From an uncultured virus (IMG/VR IMGVR_UViG_3300049489_000201) (Duplodnaviria > Heunggongvirae > Uroviricota > Caudoviricetes), in IMG/VR virus record IMGVR_UViG_3300049489_000201: 64,000 bases of DNA; one strand, given 5' to 3'. Of the stretch, positions 24,087 to 33,417 are shown piece by piece; the stretch's first letter is position 1; the number at the start of each line of letters is the position of its first letter. The position numbers and the translations under genes were made by a program. The notes beneath the pieces were generated by a model. It saw only the letters and a list, made by a program, of their open reading frames with translations, had not been told where the DNA came from and did not search any database.

Positions 24087-24221
24087 GAAGGATCACAGCA
24101 CATAACCTGCTAAATGTTGCTCTGAGTGAAGGATAACCTGCTTAATGTTGCTTGTTGTGAAGGATCGCAGCCACATATGGTGCAGAATGTTGCTTGCGCG
24201 TAACATAACCTGCTTAATGTT
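24087..24221 (+). repeat. direct repeats ATAACCTGCT(A/T)AATGTT
   Basis: 24102, 24133, 24205, plus a degenerate copy near 24175; GAAGGATCRCAGC at 24087 and 24159. Confidence 0.85.
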
Positions 24222-24362
24222 AAGTTTATCGAACATCGGTTGCAGCCGGAACGAACATGGTGTACGATGTGTTCTTATACTGGGATATATGATAGAAATC
24301 GTTTCAATTGAAACAAATTAAACAAATTTCAGTATTCTACATAGAGAGCAAATTCGACGCAT

Positions 24363-25346
24363 ATGATGATTTCGTACTGGACCGACCTGGGTAATCTGAA
24401 CACTACTGTCGGTTACGGTGAGGCGGGCTACAACATCTGTAAGTCCCTCGTGGAACTAGGACACCAGGTTCCGTTTGATAACCCTGACGCGCCAGTGCAA
24501 ATGTCGTTTGTTCAACCTGAATACTACGGCTTCTATGACCACCAGTATAAGATTGGCTACACTCCGTGGGAATCCACTGACCTGCCCGAGTTTTGGCTTG
24601 AGCATATGGATCAGTGTGACGAAATCTGGGCTACGTCAGAATGGGTTCGTGACATCTACCGCAGCAAGGGTTTAACCAAGCCCCTATTTGTCTATGAGCA
24701 CGGCGTGGACAAGATCTGGACGCCGAAGCACCGTAACCGCAGAGAAGTGCTTAGGTTCTTGCACGTCGGCGAGCCCGCGCCGCGCAAGGATGCTCAACTA
24801 GCGCTCGACGTGTTCCGCGAAGCCTTTGGTGACTCCAAGGACGTTCACCTGACGATCAAGGCACACAACACGAACACTACGCGCGTGCGCGACCGCATGG
24901 GCAGCATCATCTGTACCCCCGACCAATTGAATAACGTGACTGTCACAACAAAAGAACTGACGCGGGAAGAGATGGTGTCACTCTATCACCAGCATCACGT
25001 CCTTGTATACCCTTCCTGGGGAGAAGGTTTTGGCTTTATCCCTGCCCAGGCGCTAGCCACTGGTATGCCTACAATTTGCACAGCCGAGTGGGCTCCGTAT
25101 AAGGACTACCTTGGTGATCTTGCCCTAGACTCGCGCTATGTGGATAGCCCATGGGACTTTACGCACCCAGGCAAAGTAACGCAGCCAGACGCTGATCATC
25201 TCTACCGAATGTATATGAAAGCATACGAAGATTTTGAGAATCAGTCCGATGCTTTCTACAATCAAGCAGAGGATTTCAGAACCAGGTATGATTGGGTTAA
25301 CCTTACCGAGAAGGCGTTCGATCACATCGTCAAGAAGTTTTCTTGA
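24363..25346 (+). CDS. GT-B (GT4-like) glycosyltransferase
   Basis: PWES, HG, RK, YPSWGEGFGFIPAQALATGMPTI. Confidence 0.85.
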   Translation: MMISYWTDLGNLNTTVGYGEAGYNICKSLVELGHQVPFDNPDAPVQMSFVQPEYYGFYDHQYKIGYTPWESTDLPEFWLEHMDQCDEIWATSEWVRDIYRSKGLTKPLFVYEHGVDKIWTPKHRNRREVLRFLHVGEPAPRKDAQLALDVFREAFGDSKDVHLTIKAHNTNTTRVRDRMGSIICTPDQLNNVTVTTKELTREEMVSLYHQHHVLVYPSWGEGFGFIPAQALATGMPTICTAEWAPYKDYLGDLALDSRYVDSPWDFTHPGKVTQPDADHLYRMYMKAYEDFENQSDAFYNQAEDFRTRYDWVNLTEKAFDHIVKKFS

Positions 25347-25434
25347 ACGTCCGCTTCATAAACTATCGGTAGTATCATGGAACAACAAACCAACGAAATC
25401 TGGGGCTTCCACGCCCCGTGGAGGCTAACCTATC

Positions 25435-27378
25435 TTGTCTGAAACAATTGCAAACCCATATGAAAACTTTATCGCCCTGTCGCGCTACGCGCGCTGGCTA
25501 GATGATGAAGGACGCCGCGAAACCTGGGGCGAAACCGTAGACCGCTATGTCAATTTCATGGACGATTACGCCAGGAAATCACTGGACTTCACGATGACAC
25601 CTGAACTCAAGAATAAGGTCCGTGAATATTTCTTCAACCGCAATGCAATGCCTAGTATGCGCGCAGCCATGACGGCTGGTCCTGCGCTAACACGCGATCA
25701 CGTCGCGGGGTATAACTGCTCATTCATTCCTGTGGATAGCCCTCGCTCGTTCGATGAGGCTATGTATATTCTTATGTGCGGAACAGGCGTCGGTTTCTCA
25801 GTCGAGTCCAAGTACGTTGACAAGTTGCCGGTTATCAACGAACACTTTGAGAAGTCTAGTTCGACAATTGTCGTAGACGACTCCAAGCAGGGCTGGGCAA
25901 AAGCCGTTCGTGAACTATTGGCATTGCTATGGCAGGGTCAGATTCCTAGCATTGACGTTACCCATGTTCGTCCTTCCGGGGCCCGCCTCAAGACATTCGG
26001 CGGTCGTGCATCTGGGCCTCAGCCACTAGTCGATCTATTCGACTTCTGCATTCGTACATTCCGCAACGCAGCGGGTCGCAAACTACGTCCAATCGAAGCA
26101 CACGACATTATGTGCAAGATCGGCGAGGTTGTCGTTGTTGGTGGCGTGCGTCGTTCTGCCCTTATTTCGTTGGGTGACCTGGACGACTTCGAAATGGAGT
26201 CAGCCAAGTCTGGAAACTGGTGGGAAAACAACGTGCAGCGCGCACTTGCCAACAACTCAGCGGTTTACAACAGCAAGCCAGACGCCGTTCGATTCCTGAC
26301 TGAGTGGACAGCGCTTGTTGCCTCTGGATCTGGCGAACGTGGTATTTTCAACCTAGACGTTGCCAAAAAGGAAACTGCTCGCCACGGTCGCCGTGATCCA
26401 TTCCAGATCGCAGGCACAAACCCGTGTGGCGAGATTAACCTTCGGCCTTACGAGTTCTGCAACCTAACTGAAGTGGTTGTACGCGACGGCGATAGTCTAG
26501 AAGACCTCAAAGATAAGGTTTCCATCGCTGTATTCCTTGGCACCTTGCAATCAACCATGACTAATTTCAAGTACCTTCGCAAGATTTGGCGAGACAACTG
26601 CGAGGAAGAGCGCCTGCTTGGAGTATCACTAACCGGACAATTCGGACATCAGTTGCTATCTGGATCGCTTGGTCTGGATAAACTGGCCGCTGCTCTAGAC
26701 GAGTTGCGCGAGTGGGCAATCGAGGAGAACAAGGTCTGGGCCGAGATTTTCGGTATTAACCAGTCTGTTGCTATCACTACAGTTAAGCCTTCTGGCACAG
26801 TTTCGCAGTTGACTGGCGTTTCCAGCGGAATGCACCCATGGCACAGCCAGTATTACCTACGTTCAGTTCGCGGGGACAACAAGGATCCAATCACTCGCAT
26901 GATGACCGACTTTGGTGTTCCTAACGAGCCTGATGTAACTAAGCCAGACTCTACAACTGTATTCTACTTCCCAATCGCCGCCCCGAAGGGCGCGATCACG
27001 AGAAATGATCTTACTGCTATTCAGCACCTAGAGGTCTGGAAGGTATACAAGCAGCACTGGACCGAGCACAACCCGTCGATCACGGTTAACGTGAAGGATC
27101 ATGAGTGGGCGGAAGTAGGAGCATGGGTATACAAGAATTGGGACGTTGTAGCGGGAATCAGTTTCTTGCCTCACTCTGACCACACCTACCGCCAGGCTCC
27201 ATACCAGGAAATCACCGAAACAGAGTTCCACGAGTGGTCGGCCAAGATGCCGCAAGACATTCTTTGGGATATTCTGTCTGCATATGAGTCTGAGGACAAC
27301 ACCGTTGGCAGCCAGGCCCTAGCCTGTGTTTCCGGAGAGTGCGAATTGGTCGATCTAGTTGCATCTGCGACGGTTTGA
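25435..27378 (+). CDS. nrdJ: class II (B12-dependent) ribonucleotide reductase
   Basis: YNCSF, GTGVGF, GGVRRSA, TNPCGE, VKPSGT, C-terminal ACVSGEC; no beta-subunit gene adjacent; TTG start with GGAGG. Confidence 0.9.
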   Translation: MSETIANPYENFIALSRYARWLDDEGRRETWGETVDRYVNFMDDYARKSLDFTMTPELKNKVREYFFNRNAMPSMRAAMTAGPALTRDHVAGYNCSFIPVDSPRSFDEAMYILMCGTGVGFSVESKYVDKLPVINEHFEKSSSTIVVDDSKQGWAKAVRELLALLWQGQIPSIDVTHVRPSGARLKTFGGRASGPQPLVDLFDFCIRTFRNAAGRKLRPIEAHDIMCKIGEVVVVGGVRRSALISLGDLDDFEMESAKSGNWWENNVQRALANNSAVYNSKPDAVRFLTEWTALVASGSGERGIFNLDVAKKETARHGRRDPFQIAGTNPCGEINLRPYEFCNLTEVVVRDGDSLEDLKDKVSIAVFLGTLQSTMTNFKYLRKIWRDNCEEERLLGVSLTGQFGHQLLSGSLGLDKLAAALDELREWAIEENKVWAEIFGINQSVAITTVKPSGTVSQLTGVSSGMHPWHSQYYLRSVRGDNKDPITRMMTDFGVPNEPDVTKPDSTTVFYFPIAAPKGAITRNDLTAIQHLEVWKVYKQHWTEHNPSITVNVKDHEWAEVGAWVYKNWDVVAGISFLPHSDHTYRQAPYQEITETEFHEWSAKMPQDILWDILSAYESEDNTVGSQALACVSGECELVDLVASATV

Positions 27379-27404
27379 TTATATAATCGCAAGTGGAGGT
27401 CAAT

Positions 27405-27563
27405 ATGAGAATTTGGGATTTTATCAACGGCAAGGACACCGATCTAGAAACAGACGATTCCGACTGGATGGGCACTGACTATATCGATGACTCACTTGTT
27501 GCAGAGGACGACGAGGAACCAGATGAGTTCTTCGATGAAAACGCAGCGGAGGCGCATAACTGA
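27405..27563 (+). CDS. acidic 52-aa protein
   Basis: TATAAT and GGAGG upstream; TGATG coupling. Confidence 0.55.
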   Translation: MRIWDFINGKDTDLETDDSDWMGTDYIDDSLVAEDDEEPDEFFDENAAEAHN

Positions 27564-28378
27564 TGGCAAGGACACTTAACGGATATCCAGTAATTACAGC
27601 ATCAGACAGTGGTCTGCTTCGTTGGTATGCCATTCCTGGTACCAAGCGCAAAGTTCTCCTAAATCGCTATATTGGCCCAATCATCGTTGACTTCCTTCGT
27701 CAATGGAACGAAAAGATGCCAGAGCGTCTAAGTCTGGACAAGGGGCCTATTGATGGATGGGCGCGTCCACGCAAGGCAAATGCTGCTAATGGCTGGTCGA
27801 ACCACTCGGGCGGAACAGCAGTAGACGTTCGCTACGACGTGCTAAAGGCAGACAACCGTCGCCACATGACAAACGAAGAGCGCTCTATTCTTGTCAAGAT
27901 CCTGTCGCAGTATGACGGAGTTCTAGATAACGGATATCGCTGGAACCACGTCGACGAAATGCACACAGAGATTGCTCCTGGTACTTCGGTGGCCCGCGTC
28001 CAGGCATTGCAGCGCAAACTACGTATTGATTCTAAGGGTGTTCGTGCGGCCACACTTCCACCAAAGCAGCCTTCGCCAGCACCAAAGGCAACTGTCAGTC
28101 TTAAGGCTGCCCGCCGCGCAGCGGCTACTGACCCTAAGGCTAAGCCTGGTGTTCGTGGGGTTTCGGTTTCTAACGTTCGCGTTATTGAGACTGCGCTAAA
28201 CAAGGAAGGCCTGCTAGCCAAGAAATATATGGATGGTAGTTACGGAACAAAGACCGTTGAAGCATACAAGAAATGGCAGATCCGACTAGGGTTCACTGGC
28301 AGCGATGCTGACGGAATTCCCGGTGTAGAAAGTTTGAGGCGTCTTGGCGGCAAGTATGGCTTCAAGGTGGTTTCGTAA
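27563..28378 (+). CDS. endolysin: M15-type Zn peptidase plus peptidoglycan-binding domain
   Basis: SNHSGGTAVD...DEMHTE; DGSYGTKTVEAYKKWQ...ADGIPG. Confidence 0.85.
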   Translation: MARTLNGYPVITASDSGLLRWYAIPGTKRKVLLNRYIGPIIVDFLRQWNEKMPERLSLDKGPIDGWARPRKANAANGWSNHSGGTAVDVRYDVLKADNRRHMTNEERSILVKILSQYDGVLDNGYRWNHVDEMHTEIAPGTSVARVQALQRKLRIDSKGVRAATLPPKQPSPAPKATVSLKAARRAAATDPKAKPGVRGVSVSNVRVIETALNKEGLLAKKYMDGSYGTKTVEAYKKWQIRLGFTGSDADGIPGVESLRRLGGKYGFKVVS

Positions 28379-28738
28379 TTGGCAACAATTGGTAGTATCG
28401 CCCGTCACAACCTGTTGATCAGGAACAACGCTACATTTAAGTTGACGCTTAAGTATACTGATCCTGCCTCTGGCGCAGTCCTTCCGCTTACTGGTTGGAC
28501 TGTGCTTATGCAGTTTAGGGATGGGCCGGGTGGAAAACTACTCGACACGTTTGCTGTCGGAACGGGATTTACCATTGATGCACCTAACGGAATTGTTAAT
28601 TTCAAGGTTCAGCCAGCAGAGATTCAAACATGGTCGTTTAAGTCTGGCTGGTTCGATATTGTGATGACTGAGCCCGGTGGAGACAAGGATTGCTGGCTGG
28701 AGGGTAAATTTGATATTGTTACTGGTGTGACTATATGA
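28379..28738 (+). CDS. virion-associated protein (baseplate/fibre N-terminal-like)
   Basis: ATF.L.L.Y.D....LTGWTV.MQ.R...FDIV pattern. Confidence 0.55.
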   Translation: MATIGSIARHNLLIRNNATFKLTLKYTDPASGAVLPLTGWTVLMQFRDGPGGKLLDTFAVGTGFTIDAPNGIVNFKVQPAEIQTWSFKSGWFDIVMTEPGGDKDCWLEGKFDIVTGVTI

Positions 28739-29106
28739 GTCGTACCTTAGTAACTGTATCCGGTGGCTCAAACAACCTTACTGTTGGAATCCCCGCCCAG
28801 GGTGGTATTTTGCTAGAGCAGGCAACTGGCGACAACAACAAGGTGTCGGTTGCTATCCCAGGACCAGCCGGGCAAACCGGCCCGGCGGGAGGAGAAGAAG
28901 AAATGCTTGACACAGAAGTTGACCAGTCTGTTCCCGGTGTAGTATATGTAGGGCAGGCGCAGCCAGGAACTATGTCTAGTAGCCCACTATGGAGAATAAA
29001 GCGCATTACTGAATCAGGCTCGTCTACCAGCGTAGATTGGGCATCAGGATCGTCAGACTTTATCCATATCTGGAATAACAGGCTAAGCCTTACATACGGG
29101 CCATGA
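28735..29106 (+). CDS. virion-associated protein with short collagen-like segment
   Basis: GPAGQTGPAG; YVGQA.PG...WRIKRI...W. Confidence 0.55.
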   Translation: MSRTLVTVSGGSNNLTVGIPAQGGILLEQATGDNNKVSVAIPGPAGQTGPAGGEEEMLDTEVDQSVPGVVYVGQAQPGTMSSSPLWRIKRITESGSSTSVDWASGSSDFIHIWNNRLSLTYGP

Positions 29107-29168
29107 GTTCGGCTTTTTAAACTCTTTCTAGTATAATCCTTAGAGGGTCGTAAATAAATTGCTAGGGA

Positions 29169-30599
29169 GTGAACGAATTGGCTTTGATCACTGATCCAGA
29201 CCTGCTGAATGATGGCGCGCTGGACAATGGTTCAACAGAGGTATATATCAATACCTCTACAAAAACAATTAAACTAAACGTAACAGGAAACCTTTCAACG
29301 GATGGTGTTACGCTTAAGACCGTTTACTCGTTCCTTAAGGAAGAATGGAAGAACGACCCGCAGACAAAGAACCTACCAGCGTTCCCGTTCCCAATGGTCC
29401 CGATCACCGACGAATCTTTCGAATTCGTTGACGGCTGGGACTTTGTTGCTGACGCATCGCGCTATCTGATTCGTACAGGTGGTTGGACGGTTAGAAACAC
29501 CTCCGGAAACGTTATTGCTAAGTGGGCTGGTGTAGTCGGCCTGGGTAGCATCGAATCTAACGACCAGATTTACTACAACCAGGGTCAAGGCCCTGTTAAC
29601 TTCCAGTTGACCGGCCAAGTAAACCAGGCTGTAAAGATTCTTGAAGACCCAAACGGTGACGGATCTTATGTTGATGGTTTTGATAGACGATCAAGTCTAA
29701 CTCTGTATGTTCGTGAGCAGGGCCAGGCATTCGGCCAGGCTACGCTGACAGATATCGGTGTAACCGCGATGGACTCCATCGCCTACCGATTCCCGCTTTC
29801 TACCTCGACCGACCTTAAGATTGTCACTGCTGACACTGGAATTAAGGCATCTGGAACTGGATATCCAGCAGACGTAGCACCATATTCCGGTATGACAATC
29901 ACGTACTACGCGACTCCACAGGCGCGGGCCCTACAGGGTGGATCATATAACTTCGGTGTAATTATCGATGGTAATGGCCAGTCGCTACAGGAAGTCTACG
30001 AGTTTGCTCAGTACGCACTTCGCCAGAATGCTGACATTGACGCCGACGCCGGAACCGTTACTGGTAAGACAGCGGCACCGCTAGTTCGCTACGTTGGTGA
30101 CACGCTTTACACAATCGCTGGAGACAACAGCCAGGGCGGCGGTACAGGAGTATTCATTGACAACTTCGACAGCCAAGACATCAACTCGGTATTCTTCGTA
30201 GACAACACTGGCGCACAGAGGCAGTTTGCATACACCGCTTCGCTAACTATCACATTTAACGACAACCTTGTATCTGACCCATCGTCCAAGTATTGGGTCT
30301 ACTTCACCACTTTGCCGGGCGCAACTAATGACTTCGGTGAATCAGGTGCTATAATCGTAGATGATGCTTCTGCGGCAGATATGTCGGGAGTCATCAGTTC
30401 TGGAAGTGTCGTCAAGACCTTCAATTATGATGGAAACACGCAGGGTGGAAGAACTGCTGGCACAGACGCGGCTATTACGGTAGTTGCAATCGGACTAACA
30501 ACAGGACAGTACGTTAAGGCGACTGGAACCATCCAGCGTAGCAAGACAAACAGCATCGCTCTTGTTGCTCCGCTAGAAAGAAACTACTCAAACGCTTAA
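29169..30599 (+). CDS. putative virion structural protein
   Basis: 476-aa G/T-rich beta-type ORF behind TATAAT promoter. Confidence 0.6.
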   Translation: MNELALITDPDLLNDGALDNGSTEVYINTSTKTIKLNVTGNLSTDGVTLKTVYSFLKEEWKNDPQTKNLPAFPFPMVPITDESFEFVDGWDFVADASRYLIRTGGWTVRNTSGNVIAKWAGVVGLGSIESNDQIYYNQGQGPVNFQLTGQVNQAVKILEDPNGDGSYVDGFDRRSSLTLYVREQGQAFGQATLTDIGVTAMDSIAYRFPLSTSTDLKIVTADTGIKASGTGYPADVAPYSGMTITYYATPQARALQGGSYNFGVIIDGNGQSLQEVYEFAQYALRQNADIDADAGTVTGKTAAPLVRYVGDTLYTIAGDNSQGGGTGVFIDNFDSQDINSVFFVDNTGAQRQFAYTASLTITFNDNLVSDPSSKYWVYFTTLPGATNDFGESGAIIVDDASAADMSGVISSGSVVKTFNYDGNTQGGRTAGTDAAITVVAIGLTTGQYVKATGTIQRSKTNSIALVAPLERNYSNA

Positions 30600-30615
30600 T
30601 AGGAGAAATATTTAA

Positions 30616-31137
30616 ATGGCTCAAACATATACTGCCGCCGCAGTCGGTGCAACATTCGGTAACAACAAATCGATGCTCGGCGTCTTTAATGGTGCTGGAT
30701 CGGGACGTGTCGTACGAGTTTACCGAATCTGGGTTCTTAACAACCAGACTGCCGGTGTTACTGGTGTTCTAACAACATGGGCCCTACGTAGAACTACCGC
30801 TCAGTCTGGTGGAACTGCTATCACTCCGGTCAAGCACGATACTACCTCTGAAACAGCGCCAGCACAGGTTCTTTTCGCCACTGGTGCTACTGCAACCCTG
30901 GCGCTTACAGAATTACGTAGGTGGATGTGGTCAAATGACGAACCTGCTGCATCATCGGCAACCTCCGACGAATTTGAAACACTTGTTCCGTTGAACTGTG
31001 TATGGGATTCGACTGGCGATGCCAACATCGAGCCAATTGTGCTGCGTGAAGGTGAAGGAATCTCCGTGCATCACTCTGGATCATCTGCTGTTGGTCTGTG
31101 TGACGTATTCGTGGAGTATACACTGGCGGCTTCGTAA
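30616..31137 (+). CDS. putative virion structural protein
   Basis: AGGAG RBS; beta-rich. Confidence 0.6.
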   Translation: MAQTYTAAAVGATFGNNKSMLGVFNGAGSGRVVRVYRIWVLNNQTAGVTGVLTTWALRRTTAQSGGTAITPVKHDTTSETAPAQVLFATGATATLALTELRRWMWSNDEPAASSATSDEFETLVPLNCVWDSTGDANIEPIVLREGEGISVHHSGSSAVGLCDVFVEYTLAAS

Positions 31138-32594
31138 TGGCTAAGTATCAGTACCGAGTTGCTGGTCGATTCGATTGGATGAGCAACTCAGGAAATGCCA
31201 TTATTGCTTTAGCAAACAAACCCGGATCTGGTAAAAAAGTCACCATCCGGTCTGTTGAATTGACCAATCTTACATTTGGTGACAACGTTACTGCGGGAAC
31301 ACCAAGTTCAAGCCTCCCAGTTTTGCTGCGCGTAGAGCGTGACTGTGTTCTCGGCTCGGGCGGAACAGAAGTGCCAATTGAAAAACTTGACTCTGCTGCT
31401 GCCACGTGGCCATCAACTGTCGTTGTATCAACAAATCGCGGTGTAACTACAGCAGGATCAGTTCTTGGCCGCGCAACAATTGCGAAGCAGTTTAACACTG
31501 CTGGTATAGGATATTGGGCCTCTAGCAGTATTGTTCATCGTCTCGGCGGGGCGCGAACCGGACCAAAAAGGGATACTTCGACACCAGTTGAGCAATACAC
31601 CGTACTCGCTGGGCAGTCTCTGGCGGTGTATGCAAACTCTGGTATCACCATGCCGCTGCCAGTTCGCGTACAGGCAACTTTTTCCCGCTCTGGAAGCCCA
31701 AATAGGACATACGTAACTAATTTCTTCACCGTCGTGTATATCAACAACGATGCCGTGCTGTCAATTGAAAACACGGCGGGCAGCGGAGAAACAATAAAAC
31801 TGATTAATTTTTCTGTTACAGAGGTCGGAACGTATGACTCCCCATACTTACAGTTTGTTCCGTTCGGATCTATCGATGCCGTATCTGTAGATGACTCTGC
31901 TGCTCAGGTGGCACAAGACAAGGCAGATAGCGCGAATCCATCAGCGTCTACATGGGTGGCAGCATATAAAGATGTTGCCGTACTGCCATACGGCCTTCCT
32001 GAGTCTGCTCTTTCTGATGCTTCCGCCGCTGGTATTCCTAAGGGATCAAATTACTTGAAAGCAAAGGACTTCATCGGTCCACAGTATAGAGTGTATTTCC
32101 CAGAAAACGTGGCTGTGTCTTCTATCAGACTTCCCGACTCGTTTGGTTATGGTATCGGACACAAGAACGCAGACATTGGTGTGCGTCGCTCAGGCATTGT
32201 CCTCCGAGAAGGCGAATCTGCGGGAATTGTTTCCGCCGCCGAAACTGCTGCTGCTGCTACGGCTGCTGGTATTTCTGGGTGGTCATCCTGGCACATTGCT
32301 ATCACATATGATATCGAGCCAAAATATGCCCCAACACTGACTATTACTGGACTAAGGAATCCGTCAGAAGTACGAATATTCGACGCAGGAACTACAACAG
32401 AACTCACTGGCCAGGAAAACGTAACATCAGGAACATTTACCTGGCAGTTCGATCCAGAAGAATACCCATCTGTGGATATCTCTATCATCAGCCTGTCTTA
32501 CCAGAATATCAGACTGCTTGGCCAGGCCTTGACGCTGGCTGACTTGACTATTCCTGTGCAACAGCAAATTGACAGACAGTATGGTAATGCCTGA
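31137..32594 (+). CDS. putative virion structural protein
   Basis: contains repeats of the domain seen in 30616-31137. Confidence 0.6.
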   Translation: MAKYQYRVAGRFDWMSNSGNAIIALANKPGSGKKVTIRSVELTNLTFGDNVTAGTPSSSLPVLLRVERDCVLGSGGTEVPIEKLDSAAATWPSTVVVSTNRGVTTAGSVLGRATIAKQFNTAGIGYWASSSIVHRLGGARTGPKRDTSTPVEQYTVLAGQSLAVYANSGITMPLPVRVQATFSRSGSPNRTYVTNFFTVVYINNDAVLSIENTAGSGETIKLINFSVTEVGTYDSPYLQFVPFGSIDAVSVDDSAAQVAQDKADSANPSASTWVAAYKDVAVLPYGLPESALSDASAAGIPKGSNYLKAKDFIGPQYRVYFPENVAVSSIRLPDSFGYGIGHKNADIGVRRSGIVLREGESAGIVSAAETAAAATAAGISGWSSWHIAITYDIEPKYAPTLTITGLRNPSEVRIFDAGTTTELTGQENVTSGTFTWQFDPEEYPSVDISIISLSYQNIRLLGQALTLADLTIPVQQQIDRQYGNA

Positions 32595-33106
32595 TGGCCA
32601 CTATAACATTTACTGGTTCCACTAAGACGATAACCATCGGATATGATGGTGTTTCGACAACTGTCGCCGCTGCTGATATCTATTCACGATGGAAGGACTG
32701 GGTTGCTGATGGTAACGCGCAGTTCGACCAGGCATTTTCTGAGTCCGTGGGCGGAAACGACCTCGGAGGTGGCGTAGCGCTATCCGGATATTACTTCATT
32801 CGTAACGACCTGGGGTGGCGCATCAAGCCATCAGAATTCGACTATCAACTAACTGTAACTGGTGACCTGTACCCAGCAGATGCAATAACTCCATTCATCG
32901 TCCCGCCAACTGGCGACTTTACTGTGCTTATCGCATTCCAGCGAAGTGCTGCGTCGTACGCAACTGCCTCGGGCGGGTCTGGAACAATCGATTACAACCA
33001 GGTTGCACAGGCAGTTTGGAACCGAGATATGACAAGTCACACCACACCAAATACATTCGGCAAGCGCCTGCGCGACATTCTTCCGACCCTGTGGGGCATT
33101 AAGTGA
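32594..33106 (+). CDS. putative virion structural protein
   Basis: N-terminus resembles 29169 gene (STKTI...IYS.WK). Confidence 0.6.
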   Translation: MATITFTGSTKTITIGYDGVSTTVAAADIYSRWKDWVADGNAQFDQAFSESVGGNDLGGGVALSGYYFIRNDLGWRIKPSEFDYQLTVTGDLYPADAITPFIVPPTGDFTVLIAFQRSAASYATASGGSGTIDYNQVAQAVWNRDMTSHTTPNTFGKRLRDILPTLWGIK

Positions 33107-33249
33107 TAGACGAAGTAGAGGCGATAGTAACCGTACAACCGCAATACAACGAGATCGTCGTCGGTTTGGTCACTAAAAACATAGCAATAGAAGCAAAAGA
33201 TCAGATAAATATACTTACTTTTGATGATAATGTTGAAAAATTCTTATGA
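33103..33249 (+). CDS. 48-aa micro-ORF
   Basis: GTGA overlap. Confidence 0.35.
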   Translation: MIDEVEAIVTVQPQYNEIVVGLVTKNIAIEAKDQINILTFDDNVEKFL

Positions 33250-33257
33250 TATACTTA

Positions 33258-33356
33258 GGTAACGTCATTTGCCGAGTCCACGGAAATGTGGGGTAGCGCT
33301 GATGTCGTCCCGGCCAAAGTCAGGTGAGTTTCTTACCTTAGGATGGTTTGGTTACC
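33258..33356 (+). ncRNA. candidate stand-alone structured ncRNA
   Basis: promoter TTGATG-18-TATGAT; GGTAAC/GTTACC closing stem; GAAA tetraloop hairpin; terminator follows. Confidence 0.6.
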
Positions 33357-33358
33357 GT

Positions 33359-33391
33359 AAGGCCCTCGCTTCGGCGGGGGTTCTTGCGTTT
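33359..33391 (+). terminator. intrinsic terminator
   Basis: GCCCTCGC-TTCG-GCGGGGGT then TCTTGCGTTT. Confidence 0.7.
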
Positions 33392-33417
33392 CCCGCCCGG
33401 AATGATATAATCAAAAC

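Noticed and set aside
24102..24221. Mini-CRISPR
   Set aside because: Repeats are short and non-palindromic; intervening sequences are short, uneven and resemble each other.
25435..27378. Intein or intron in the RNR
   Set aside because: ORF is continuous and compact with no splice motifs.
33280..33315. Hammerhead ribozyme (CTGATG and GAAA present)
   Set aside because: Core reads CUGAUGU, not CUGANGA, and the GAAA is a hairpin tetraloop in the wrong place.
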